Positions 25,301 to 40,100 of a stretch of DNA of 64,000 bases are shown here, one piece after another (the first letter of the stretch is position 1; the number at the start of each line of letters is the position of its first letter). The DNA is from Macrostomum lignano (taxonomy: Eukaryota). The stretch lies in NCBI GenBank assembly GCA_002269645.1, contig NIVC01000504.1:1-64000 (forward strand). Direction: 5' to 3'. The notes beneath the pieces are model-generated. The model saw nothing but the letters and a program-made list of their open reading frames with translations. It did no database searches and was not told the origin of the DNA. The position numbers and the translations under genes were made by a program.

Positions 25301-27133
25301 GCGGCGGAGGCGAGGCAGCCGCATCCGTCTCCATTTTGTCGTCTTGGGCGTCGCCGCCGGCGCCGTTCATTGCGTCGTCCAGATTGACGCCGAGAAGCTC
25401 GCTGACGCAGGCCATCACTCTGCATTGGTGTACAGACATAATAAGCAGGTAAAAGTAACCGATTGAACGTCACTTAAACCGGTACCTACCGAAGCGAGTT
25501 CTTAAACTCCAAATATTGTGTTTAAATCCTAGACTCACTTGGAAATATTTCTAGAATCTCACCCTGTGGATTCCTAGAATCTTATTTTTTATTCTTAGAA
25601 TCGTACCTTGGGGACTCCAAGAATCTTATTTTGTAGAGTTTTAGAATTTCACCTTCGTGGATTTTTAGAATCTCACCCTGCGGATTCCTAGAATCTCACT
25701 ATGGGGATTCCTAGAATCTCACTATGGGATTCCTGGAATATCACTATGGGATTCCTAGAATATCACCTTGGAGACTCCTAGGGTCTCACCTTCGTGGATT
25801 TTTAGAATCTCACCCTGGGGATTCCTAGAATCTCACCTCGGAGACTACTAGGGTCTCACCTTCGTGGATTTTTAGAATCTCACCCTGGGGATTCCTAGAA
25901 TCTCACTATGGGGATTTCTAGAATCTCACTATGGGGATTCCTAGAATCTCACTATGGGGATTCCTAGAATCTCACTATGGGGATTCCTAGAATCTCACCT
26001 TGGAGACTACTAGGGTCTCACCTTCGTGGATTTTTAGAATCTCACCCTGGGGATTCCTAGAATCTCACCTTGGAGACTACTAGGGTCTCACCTTCGTGGA
26101 TTTTTAGAATCTCACCCTGGGGATTCCTAGAATATCACCTTGGAGACTCCTAGGGTCTCACCTTCGTGGATTTTTAGAATCTCACCCTGGGGATTCCTAG
26201 AATATCACCTTGGAGACTCCTAGGGTCTCACCTTCGTGGATTTTTAGAATCTCACCCTGGGGATTCCTAGAATATCACCTTGGAGACTCCTAGGGTCTCA
26301 CCTTCGTGGATTTTTAGAATCTCACCCTGGGGATTCCTAGAATATCACCTTGGAGACTACTAGGGTCTCACCTTCGTGGATTTTTAAAATCTCACCCTGG
26401 AGATTCCAAGAATCTCATCTTGGGGATTCCTAGAATCTGATCTTGGGATTCCTAGAATCTTTCCTTGAGGATTCCTAGAATCTCACCTTGAGGATTCCTA
26501 GAATCTCACCTTGGGGGTTTGTGAAATATTACCCTCTGATTTTAATTACACTTAAAACTTAAAGGTGCCTCTAAAACCCTAATTTTAGATTATTAGAGTA
26601 TCTTTACTAGAATTTTAAACAGCAGCACACGCACCTGGGATCCTGAATAAACTGCCCCAGCTTAGACGGGTCCTGCTGCATCATCTGCAGTTTGAGTCGG
26701 AAATCCGGATCGCTTAAATAAGACCGCAGTTTAGGCGACTTCTGAATTCGATCCATCAGTTTTGGATCGGCAAAAGGATTAAAGAATGCTTTATTCCCAG
26801 CTTGGGAATAGGCGTTCTCCATTGCCGCCTTCAGCTGGGCATTATTTGGCTCCTTTTGCAGCGCGTCCTCGTACACTCCAACAGCTTCGTCAAATCTGCC
26901 AAGAAACTCAAGAGCGGCGCCCTTTCGAGTGTAGCCTTTAGTCCAGTTGGGCGCCAGCTTCACGCACTCGTCAGCGTCAGCGAGAGCTTCGGTGTAGCGT
27001 TCAGCTTTGCAATAAGCTGCGGAACGATTGCTGAACAGCACGTGATTGCTTGGGTCGTGTAGCAGCTGATGGCTTCGTCAATGTTGCCAGCGGATAGGGC
27101 AGAATTGCCTTTGTTTTTTAATTCGTCTGCCAT
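22311..27133 (-). CDS. STIP1: Stress-induced phosphoprotein 1 (Hop/STI1). Exons 27133-26635, 25419-25236, 24554-23872, 22578-22311; frameshift near 27058
   Basis: TPR1 (MADELKNKGNSAL...NHVLFSNRSAAY), DP1, TPR2A (ALKEQGNSAYK), TPR2B (EEKAKGNEQF, YSNRAACYTKL) and DP2 (DPEVQDILSDPAMQMILGQMQKDP). Splice phases are consistent once 16 nt are restored in exon 1. Confidence 0.92.
22790..23745. repeat. 20-bp minisatellite (CTATCAAATCTCACCCATTT) in STIP1 intron 3
   Basis: Tandem units seen directly. Confidence 0.92.
24625..25170. repeat. 12-bp minisatellite (ACTAACTACCTG) grading into (ACTA/ACTG)n in STIP1 intron 2
   Basis: Tandem units seen directly. Confidence 0.92.
25545..26520. repeat. ~23-bp monomer minisatellite with a ~70-bp higher-order trimer in STIP1 intron 1
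   Basis: Monomer GGATTCCTAGAATCTCACNNTGG; a fixed three-monomer block recurs with ~70-bp period at ~25980-26400. Confidence 0.85.
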
Positions 27134-28619
27134 ATTCTTGTGTGCACTTTTTTGAAGAGGATTTGATTTTTGTTAATTAGCTGCACTTGCAAACATGCAT
27201 TGAGATTATTATTAGTTTCCAAAGATATAGTTATGGCAAAAGAAAAACTTTAACTTTAAATTTAACTTTGCACCCCCTAAAAAAGTTCATTTGATAACAA
27301 ATATGGCTCTGAGATTTCTAAGAGGTTGCTTAATGCAACACAAGTTTAACATGCCAAAATGCTGATTAAAATTAAAAACTTTCACTGATTTTTACCATGG
27401 GGAATTTAGCTTTTTTGCTACTAGGAACAAAATGATGGACACTTAATTTAAATTTAAACCCTTGAAAAATATGAACTATCAGACTAAACATATTCTAGAG
27501 GATCTAGACAAAAGCCTATTAAACCTAATCTAATATATATACCTTGATTGCACAGTTTTGTGCTTAAACAATTTTAAAGAAAAGTCTTAAAATAATAACA
27601 ATAGCATTTACCAGTTTGGTCAATAATTTGAATCGAAACTTGGGTTGAGCTTGCTTATTCTGCTGCTTGCTTTTTAGTTCTTTAAACTGCTAAATCTCTA
27701 ATCTTTATAATTGTCTAAACCTAGTATATCTATATTCTCGAATCTTTGACAAGCTTTCTCTAGGCCTAGGCCCTATCCACTTTTTTTAGTTTTAATTTCA
27801 TAGTTTACCATAATGCAACTACAAAATAGAAAAATGGGCAGAGCTAGAAAAAGTCTTAGATGAAGTGAGACACTTTGTAGAAACAAGCTTCTTTAGAGGA
27901 TCATAAAAATTGGATATATATCAAGGACATTCCTGCAACCAAAAAAGTTACATATTGGAGATGTCCCACTTTCTATTGGATATGTAATATTGCTATGCGG
28001 GTGGCCAACCTGGACTTTTTGAACTTAAGTTATGTAAAATACTTCTAATTTTCTGATTTTTCTGAAACTTTTGCCAGAGTCTTAGAGGCTGTCCAAAATG
28101 ATAATAAAGCAAAAAACTGCAAAAATTACTTTCAGAGTTAACCGGAACTAGATTTTTAATCCTCTTTATAATTAGTGATAATTTGATGCAAGTAGTTTCA
28201 GAGAATTGTATGTTTGAAAAAAACTTTTTTAGAATTGTGACTTTCAAATGTAAATATTTTCTACAATTTACTGAATTCATTTAAAAAAACATTTAGAAGG
28301 TTGGAATTTCAACTCCAATAAAAAAGTGTCTATTCTAATTTTTCTTTACTCAGTTTGTTATAGTGCAACAAGAATGCCACATCTTATTTGTGTTTTTAAA
28401 AATGCTGACTCATAGTTTGCCAGCCACCTCTCACCTCCCACTTTTGATTTGTTGTTCTTTCATGGTTGTGACTAGCTGCACATTCTTTACTTGTTTACCT
28501 ATGCTCATTTTTACTAATCTACATTGTCTTCTCCATTCTCAAGGTAACTATAGCTGCTGATATCAATTAGTTTGATAGGATTATAATTTTTCTCCATGGA
28601 GGTATTTGATAACTTAAAA

Positions 28620-28865
28620 GGGGCCATAGCCCAGCAGTAGCGCAGCTGCTCTGGTGTGCCAGTGACCCAGGCTCGATTCCAAGTGCAGTCACATTAATTT
28701 GGGGCTGAATTGGAATCTCGGCTTGGCTCTGCTTGTGCAATTAACAGCCTTGAGAGCCAACCCCCCCAGGCGCAATAAAATGTACATGCCTATAATGATA
28801 ATATAAAGTTAGGGCCACTGTACACTCCTATGTGAGTATGTGCCTACATATATATCCGCGCGTTT
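28620..28865 (+). mobile_element. tRNA-derived SINE, copy 1
   Basis: A-box-like TAGCCCAGCAG and B-box-like GGCTCGATTCC. Aligns over ~240 bp with the reverse complement of ~35470-35710. Confidence 0.75.
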
Positions 28866-28989
28866 ATATGCCTGCTTAGGGGAGTTGGCGGAATGGGCAG
28901 TAATGCCTTTTGCCAGTTGTGTGATGTTTGATAACTTGCTGAATTTTTTATTTAAGCTTTATTACAATTCTTCCTTGGACCCCCTTAGT

Positions 28990-29460
28990 CTCTAAATTAA
29001 TCTACCTAATCTACAATAAACCCATATGCCTTTAATGAAACTTAGGTATATAAAAACAATCCCTATAAAAATTTTCCCTACCTTAAAACCTTTCATTCCC
29101 CATGCTTTGATAGTTGGTAGTTGTCAGCCATCTCCCCGATCAGACCCCCCCCTTTGGGTTTAAAATTTATTTATCTAATCTTCAATAGACCCCCATGCTT
29201 CTATTAAAGTTTTAGTACATAAAATCTATCTTAATGAAGATTCTTTCTACTCAAAAACCCCAAATTCCCCATGCTTTATTGTTGGTAGTTGTTAGCCCCT
29301 CCCCTATCCCCAAGACTTGCTCTCTCCCCTCAGTCTCCAAATTTATCTACCAAATCTTCAATAGACTTTTATGCCTTTATTGAAGTTTAGGTACATGAAA
29401 TCATTCTCTATGAATATTTTCTCTCCCTTAAAACCTCCCATTTTCCATGCCCTGGTGGTT
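28990..29460. repeat. Three diverged ~170-bp tandem units
   Basis: Recurring AATCTTCAATAGAC...CCCCATGCTTT..GTTGGTAGTTGT blocks starting near 28992, 29160 and 29336. Confidence 0.6.
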
Positions 29461-30769
29461 GGCTTTAAGCTATAAAAAATGAAGCTCAAATTTGAAATCA
29501 GCACTATCAAAAAAAGCTCATAAAAACCAAATTATAATCCTATCAAAACTGAAATTACTTTATCTACTTAAATTTCAAAAAGTCCACTAACCTAGACAAA
29601 GACAAAGGATAAAAGGGCAAAATAAGTGCAGAATATACTACAATAATAAAGCTATATTAAGATAAAAATAACTTTGGCCAATCAGTTTTTATTTACATTA
29701 AAACCAATGTTAAAATGTGTATAGACTCAATCAATTATCCTTACTACTAGTCCTGGTAGGCCTAAAAACCTATACAATTTTATTAAGGGTTGATGCTAAG
29801 TTTCACATCTAAATTTTAACCTGAAGGCTGAAGTGTAGACTTTAATTTAAATAATGCATAATGGAGGTATATTTGCCAATATCAGTTAATAATGAAGTGT
29901 ATTACTATTAAATTGAATATTGATTAAGCTTAATAATTACAAGTATATGGCTACCTAGCATAGCCATAGCAGGACTGTTAAACAAAACAAAGATCCAAAA
30001 AAACGACAAACAATATTTTTATTCAATATGATACTTTATTAAGTTTAATATAATAACAAACTTAAAAACGAGACTTATATAAGCCACTGTACAAGACGGA
30101 AGCAAAAAATAAACAAATAACACTTCGATCGGGTGTGTGCATGTTGTGCGGTGTTCTGTTTTAAAGCAGTGCAGGTCTTCTGGTTTCGCGTAATAGAATC
30201 TTCTAGAAAGTACTCTAGTTAAAACAAATATTCCACTATTTCAACCTAAGATTATAATAGTTCTACGATATTTATTTTTATTCCTTGTGTAATTTTTGCA
30301 ATTTAAGTTCCGTTTTATTGCTTTATAGGTAATTGACGCTAGTCAGCGGTTTCAATTTCCGGTATCACAAATCTATTTATTGGGTGCAGACCCAGCAAGT
30401 GAACTGTTGCTTGTTGATGTCGTGACCTGAATTCTTGAGCTACACACTATACATTAAAGCTTACTTGTAGTCTGTACGCATATTAAATGCTCGTAAACTA
30501 TATATGCACATGTGTGACTGTCTAATTAAATATGATACCAGCTAGAATTATAAAGAACCACCCAACTTCGGGGGACTCAAACTTTGGTTAGCAAGATGTT
30601 CAATTCCCAAAGTCCTTTGACGTCCACGTCAAATGATTACCATAAAACCTTCATAAAAATTACCATAAAAAAGAAGTTATACAGTAAAAATTATACACCC
30701 ACAGCTAAGACTGTCCAAGAATAAAAAAGTGATGCATGGTGACCAAACCCCTAAAAAACAACAAAAGAC

Positions 30770-32280
30770 GCGGCCCACAAAAGAAAGCCAAGCGCGATAA
30801 GGGTGCTTCAATTGGCGCGCCTCAGCGCGAAGTCCACCCCGCCAGCGGTGTTGTTGGCTACATGTAGCTGGGCCTCGGCATCACAATACATGTATGTAGC
30901 AGGCCCCACATGTACGTATCAAAGGGTTCGCGATGCGCCTGCTGAAAGATGAGCAGGAGGCTAGGATGTCTTAACTTATAGAGGCTATAGCAGTACGCAT
31001 ACTGCAATATGTACGTGTAGCTCTCGGCTGGTCGGTCTAACAATTAAAATCACTGCCTGCGCTGAACCTGCGCTGTCTGGACCTCGGTCGCGTCGATACT
31101 CTCGGCAGCTCAAAAGGTCGCACAATCGAAGCACCCGCGATTGCGCCGAGTCTAACTGCCGCTCCAGTGTGGCCGTAAGCATTTAAATGTCCCGGTGTTG
31201 TACTGGTACAGCAGGACGATCTCGACTAACGAACTAAATTGCATACAATCTCTGCCAGAGCCGAGCCCCTGCCACACCTTGATCAGTGTCGTGCTAACCA
31301 CAAGGCCGACTCTAGAAGCTACTATACTTCGATCAGACTGTCGATCTGCAACTACTGATATCAGGAGGGTGAGTTCGACTCATCTGTATAGTCAGATAGT
31401 GGATTACATGTACTTTAGTCGACCTTGAGTCAAGCATGCTGAGGCGCTTCTCTACGTAGCGGCTAAAAATGCGCTTGCGCAGCTCGAAGCCATCTTCAGC
31501 CGAGGGGGTGCCAGTCCAGCAGCAGCACAAAGAGAAAAGGTGTCAGCGTTTCGCCCCGCAGAACACCAGACGAGGGGCCGAAAAGGTATCGTGGTAAAAC
31601 GTCGACATATGATGGCGTCGATAATCTTTCTGTGGACCCGATAAGCCCAGAGGGCTAGTGGAAGTGCGGCTCTCGACACCGAGTAGAACGCTGCTTGGAA
31701 TTCAACGATGATAGTGATTAGCGTCGACTGGCAGATGCGTGCAATTGTAAATATATGCGGCCCAGAACGTACCCGTTCTGCTCGTAACGGAAGTTCGGAC
31801 TCGTATGGTCAACGTCCAACATCGACTACAGACGGAGAGCTTTGTGGTGCAGGACATCAGCGAGATCCCTTGCGGTCAATTCTTCCCTCATTGTTCTGGC
31901 CTAGCCTTCTTCGGGATCGCGGCACAATGCTGCAGTGTTCTAGTCGGTCGGTTGATGCAGCGGTGCCAGCAGGAAGGCACGCGGTTCATCACGCTTGAGA
32001 TGTGGGGAGCCACATAGCGGAGCTGCAGGGCTGAAACCGGAGTCGCCCGTCCGTTTTTGCGTCCAGTCAGGGTCGGGACGGCCGCATCGTCGGTTGATCC
32101 TGACGATGTTGAGTCGCGCATGCCTGAGGTAATTGGGGCGCCAATGACGCGAGTTGGGGACCAGCACGTGATCGAGCGAAATCGTAAAATTCGAGTAGCA
32201 TGACCGCCGTGTGCCGTTGGTTGCATACCGTATAATTCCGATTGCTACATGTACGTGACACACGACGTGGCGCATGATTT
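30770..32280 (-). mobile_element. Decayed RTE-like non-LTR retrotransposon (endonuclease end, RT remnants, C-terminus)
   Basis: Minus-strand remnants ISLDHVLV, KARPEQ, IEFQAAFYSVSRAALPLALWAYRVHRKIIDAI, VLRGETLTPFLFVLLLDW, EDGFELRKR and LTATLERQLDSAQSRVLR, with a TTGTT-rich 3' tail near 30770. Confidence 0.8.
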
Positions 32281-32660
32281 AGTTAATTTTTTTTGTAAAG
32301 TTTGTTTAAAATAGCACAAAAGCAACTTTGCCACGATCAGTTTGATAACCAGGGTGTTGTGCTTGTGCGGTTAATTCATTCAGCTGTGTTATGCACTTGA
32401 CGATAAAAAAAGAAGTACAGAGAGTCTGCTTTCAGTGGGAAGTGTCACACCTGCGAGCACATTGAGGTAGAATGCCAGCGTTTTTTATAACAAATTTTCA
32501 GCTATCGTATGATACGGCACGCAAAGGTTGTTCTGCCCCCCCCCCATCTTTGTATAAATATGGCCTGAAAGTAGCTTTGTTAACAATAGATAGGAAACGA
32601 AAAAGAGCTTTAAAATATTTTCTGAAGCAGAACATATATAAAAATCCACCACGGCCAACT

Positions 32661-34990
<2,330 letters not shown>

Positions 34991-35469
34991 GCAGTGGGCG
35001 CTGTCGCAGCATGTACACCTATTGTACATGCATGAGTTTCATGTAGCTGCGACTGCGATAGAAGCTATAGAAGGTTAAAATATAATTTAAAAAATAAATT
35101 GGTTATTGATTCCTTATCAATTTATCAACGGTAATATTTGTTTTAACAAAGTGTTTTTCGAATGAAACATGTTTCGAGTCAACAGCCGTCTGGTAACCAT
35201 GGCAACTCTAAACTGGTTGGAATCGGGGATATGTTTACAGCTCAAATAGAGATGTGTGGCAGCACTTACGAGTGTTGGTTAATTGTGTTCTACTTGTACA
35301 TTTGCTATAGAAGCTGGAATAAAGCGGCTAGCTAGAGAATCACAGAAGGTGTCGTCCTCTTCATCAAAGTCAGAAAACATGAGTGACATGCAAAGTTTCA
35401 ATTGACTATTGATAGACTATAGGTACGTCTTTCCACTTTTTTTATTAGAGGCAGGGGGGTTGTGTGCAC

Positions 35470-35710
35470 CCTGGCGCACGTACGCAGGCACACACTCACA
35501 CAGGAGTGTACAGCGGCCCTAACTTTATATTATCGTTAGGCATGTACACTTCACTGCGCCTTGGGGGGTTGGCTCTCAAGGCCGTTAATTGCACGAGCAG
35601 AGCCAAGTCGAGATTCCAATTCAGCCCCAAATTAATGTGACTGCACTTGGAATCGAGCCTGGGTCGCTGGCACACCAGAGCCTGCGCTAGACCGCAGGGC
35701 TACGGCCCCC
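35470..35710 (-). mobile_element. tRNA-derived SINE, copy 2
   Basis: Reverse complement reads GGGGCCGTAGCCCTGCGG...GGCTCGATTCCAAGTGCAGTCACATTAATTTGGGGCTG..., matching 28620-28865. Confidence 0.75.
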
Positions 35711-36304
35711 CACGTCTTTCCACACTTAAGGTATATATTTAACAAGAGTGAGGAGTGTGATCTAGGAGGATTCCGTTTTATTGGACACGCACTCTTAAAG
35801 TTCACTCCTGCCGTCGATAAAGTGCCTCCTATTCGTAGCTCTCGAACAGCACTCTTAATAGTATTATCGGACACGCACTCCTGACAATTCACTCCTAGAC
35901 TCGTACACGTGTCGCCTAGCACTTTCAGTTTACTCTTGGGTTTATTGGACACATTTTCGATAAAGGGTTCAAGATTTAGGACGGACTTAAGGCTTAGTTC
36001 ATAGAATTCATAATTCATAACATTTAAAATTATACCCCCGCAAACAATTGGGGAGCTTAATTATATATCAAGAATACCGCGTTGTCATTTGATTTTAAAC
36101 TGTCATAATTTTAGCTATGACAGATATACATCTACGATACATGGGACATTGGATATCATTTTAATCCCGTTTATGTGTTGGATTTTATTTATATTTGTTT
36201 TTTAACTCATAATTTATTTAACTTATAAACACTTTTGAGACTACTCTAGATAGCGGAGTATGGTTTTAAACTGAATGCACACTTGCGCTGTTAGATATGG
36301 TGGT

Positions 36305-36500
36305 GTCCTGTTACACATGGAAGTCTCCTGTTAGATACGTGAGTCTCCTGTTAGACATGGGTGTCTCCTGTTAGACATGGGTGTCTCCTGTTAGACATGG
36401 GAGTCTCCTGTTAGACATGGGAGTCTCCTGTTAGACACAGGAGTCTCGTGTTAGATACTGGAGCCTCCTGTTAGATATCGGAGTCTCGTGTTAGACATTG
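36305..36500. repeat. 20-bp minisatellite (CTCCTGTTAGACATGGGWGT)
   Basis: Tandem units seen directly. Confidence 0.85.
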
Positions 36501-37194
36501 GATTTGGCTGTTCGACTTAAAAAGTAAGGTGCAGGTAAAACCATTATCAAAACAATACTTCGCACCATTAATTACCTGTTGTGCTCAGCAGCCCAAAGCA
36601 ATTCACAAAAAAACCGAAAGCTTCTGTGTTTTGCCGCCTGAAGTGCCCGCAGGGAAACAAAGCAGAGCTGGTGACAATGGGAGGAGAGTAGAACTCTGCC
36701 AGCTCAGGCATCACAGCTGGCTGCCCACCTGCTCATCAGCTCCGTGCGTCCCCCCCCCCCAAGCTGCAGCTCCGTGAGAAACTGCAGGACCAGACGGAGC
36801 GCCCACTTTCTGCCGCAGAAGATTAATTAATAATTCAAGACCCGCCCCTGTCTCTGCCACTCCTCAACCGCCAGCCAGTCGGCAAAACAGCCAAATCTGC
36901 CAATGCCTGCCTCAAACCCTGCGCGCGTCGTAAAAGCTGGAATAATTTTCCAGGTGAAATTTGCGCATCTCCATGAGCCTCTCTGTCCAGCCACCCTATA
37001 CTCAGCTGAGATCAGCATTAGTGCATTGAGTGCAGGCGCTCTTTGACTCGGTAATGTGACACCAGATTTCTCTCCGAGATTTTTGGCTTCTAGTTCTGTG
37101 GCTACATAACTCAGCGCTGCATGCTGACATTTCTGAGCAAGATCTCAGCCGTCACACAATACCTGGCCCTATTGTGAACTGATCTGCAGCAGTC

Positions 37195-40100
37195 ATGTCT
37201 GTGTCCTACGGTAGAACCATCATGAACAGTCAGCAAGGTGGAGCTGCTTTCCGGATCCTCTTCCTGTGGGAGGGCAGCATCTACAAGCTGATCGGCGCTG
37301 AGTTGCTCATCTACATCGTGCTCTACTCAGCTCTGAGTCTCACCTATCGTTTGGCTCTCGCGCCCGCTGGTAGGCAAGACTTCGAACGAATAGTGAAATT
37401 CTGCTACGAGAGGGACAGAGAGATCCCACTATCGTTTCTGCTGGCCTTCTTTGTGTCAGGTGAGTATATTGCTAAACAACAAAAACGACAACAGCAAAGT
37501 ACGCAGCCCTGCATGGAAGGTCACAGTGAGACTAGGGCGCGTCAGATGGCGCGCCGCAGAGCCTGAGCGCGAACGAAGTCCGCATTTGAGCAGCAGGACG
37601 TCCTGAACGTTCTGCAGTAGCTTTTGGCCCGGATCACGTGGCCCGCCAGTTGAAGTCGCCGCCGGCGCAGGATGATGGACGGGCGCTGCAGCTTGGCCCG
37701 ATCGTACAGGGCCTCGGTTCCGACGCTCTCGTCAGCTCGAAAGGCCGCACGGAGCAGCCCTGAGTGCGCCGAGTCCAGCTGCCGCTCCAGCGTAGCCGTC
37801 AGCGTCCACGTCTTGGCGTTGTATAGCAGGACGATTTTGATCACCGCCTGCCACAGCCGAGCCCTCTGGCGGTCGGGCAGTGCTCAAGGACTACTAGACT
37901 AGAACGAAGTGTTCCTAGTGATCCTTGGCAGCGCTTTGGACTGAAGGATGGCCAAGTCCACTCACAGTGCTCACATTGTTCTCATTGCTCATTGCTCACA
38001 GTGCTCTAATCACTTTTAGGTTGGAGAAATGAAACGCCAAGGTTCTCCCAAAAGTTGCCATTTCCATCCAAATCCATCAGGTATTCTGGCCCGCTGGTGG
38101 CAGATGTACCTCAGCATCCCGTGGATGAATCGCCTAGCAACCTTCGCTCAAGCCTTCATCACCAGCAGTCCAGAGGAGGCTGAGACGGCTCGCCAGATTC
38201 GGCTCAACCTGATGAGGCACGTGAACCTGGGCTGGATCCTGGGCTTGAGCCAGATCTGCCGCAAGCTGCAGGTCTACTTCAGCGAAGGCAAAGTCCAACA
38301 GAGAGGCAGCCTGTGGCGAATTTGGCCCGTGAGTTCCTGGGACTCATCTTTGGAAACTGGTGGGACTACGGGGCATCGCATACATGCATTCATGAGCAGC
38401 TAACGGGAAAACTGTGATGTGAATCTCTTATAGCTAGAGTGCAAAATGCACTGATAGATTCTGACATCCGCATAACTACCAAAAAGGGGGGTGTCCATCA
38501 GGAGACCAGGAGACAGGGATGCCCATGAAGAGACAGGAGTTCCCACCCACCAGGAGACAGGGGCTCCGACCAGGAGACAGGGTTTCCCACCAAGAGACAG
38601 GGGTTCCCACCAAGAGACAATGGTGCCCATCAGGAGACAGGGGTGCCCACCAGGAGACAGGGGTGCCCACCAAGAGACAGGGACGACCACCAGAAGACAG
38701 AGGCGCCCACAAGGAGACAGGGGTGCCCACCAGGAGACAGAGACGACCACCAGGAGACAGAGGCGCCCACAAGGAGACAGGGGTGCCCACCAGGAGACAG
38801 GGGCTCCCACCAGGAGACAGGGGTGCCCACCAGGAGACAGGGGCGCCCACCAGGAGACAGGGGCTCCCACCAAGAGACAATGGTGCCCACCAGGAGACAA
38901 TGGTGCCCACCAGGAGACAGGGGCTCCCACCAGGAGACAGGGGTGCCCACCAGGAGACAGGGGCTCCCACCAGGAGACAGAGGCGCCCACCAGGAGACAG
39001 GGGCGTTCAGTCAGGGGGCCCCACTCACGAAGCATGGTTGCCCACGTAAAACGGCCGGATATTACACGAAAGACTTTACAAGCCAGCAAGTCAAATGCAC
39101 GCGAGTGGCTCCTTCTGTTCCAGCGTTCCCAGGGCAAGGCGCTTCCAGTGCGCAGCTTCCTTAACTGCATCAACTCCAGCAGCGAGGCGCGAGCTCATTT
39201 CGGCAAGCTGGCCACCGACTCAGAAATTGAAGCCATGGCTGAAATTGAGCAGCAGTACTGCGCCAAGTACGGGAGAGCTTATTGTCCTGAGTACTGGCTG
39301 CCAATGCAGTGGGCCACCAGGATATGCAAACAGGCCATGCTGCATGGCTACTGCGATGTCAGGTTGGCTGGCTTTGTGTCTGGCACTGTGTCTTGTGTCT
39401 GGTTTTGTGTCTGCATTGTGTCTGGCTCTGTGTCTGTCATTGTGTCTGTCATTGTGTCTGCCATTGTGTCTGGCTTTGTGTCTGTCATTGTTTCTGCCAT
39501 TGTGTCTGGCTTTGTGCCTGGCTTTGAGTCTGCATTGTGTTTGTCTCTGTGTCTGTCATTGTGTCTGGCTTTGTATCGGGCTTTGTGTCTGTCATTGTGC
39601 TACTGCGATGTCAGGTTCGCTTTGTGTCTGGCTTTGTGTCTGGCTTTGTGTCTGGCTTTATTTGTGTCTGCATTGTGTCTGTCATTGTGTCTGGCTTTGT
39701 ATCGGGCTTTGTGTCTGTCATTGTGCTACTGCGATGTCAGGTTGGCTCTGTTTCTGTCATTGTGTCTGGCTTTGTGTCTGGCTTTGTATCGGGATTTGTG
39801 TCTGTCATTGTGTCTGGCTTTGTATCGGGATTTGTGTCTGTCATTGTGTCTGGCTTTGTGTCTGGCATTGTATCTGGCACTGTGTCTGGCTTTGTGTCTG
39901 GCTTTGTGTCTGCACTGTGTCTGGCTATGTGTCGGTCATTGTGTCTGCCATTGTGTCTGGCTTTGTATCGGGCTTTGTGTCTGTCATTGTGCTACTGCGA
40001 TGTCAGGTTGGCTCTGTTTCTGTCATTGTGTCTGGCTTTGTGTCTGACTCTGTGTGTCATTGTGCTACTGTGATGTAGAAGGATGAGATCCGAAGGATGA

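Noticed and set aside
35632-36018. 128-aa minus-strand ORF
   Set aside because: Spans a SINE head and degenerate short repeats; no domain recognised.
38400-40078. Several long overlapping ORFs, including the 518-aa one, as independent genes
   Set aside because: Repeat-derived; only ~39001-39362 carries bestrophin sequence.
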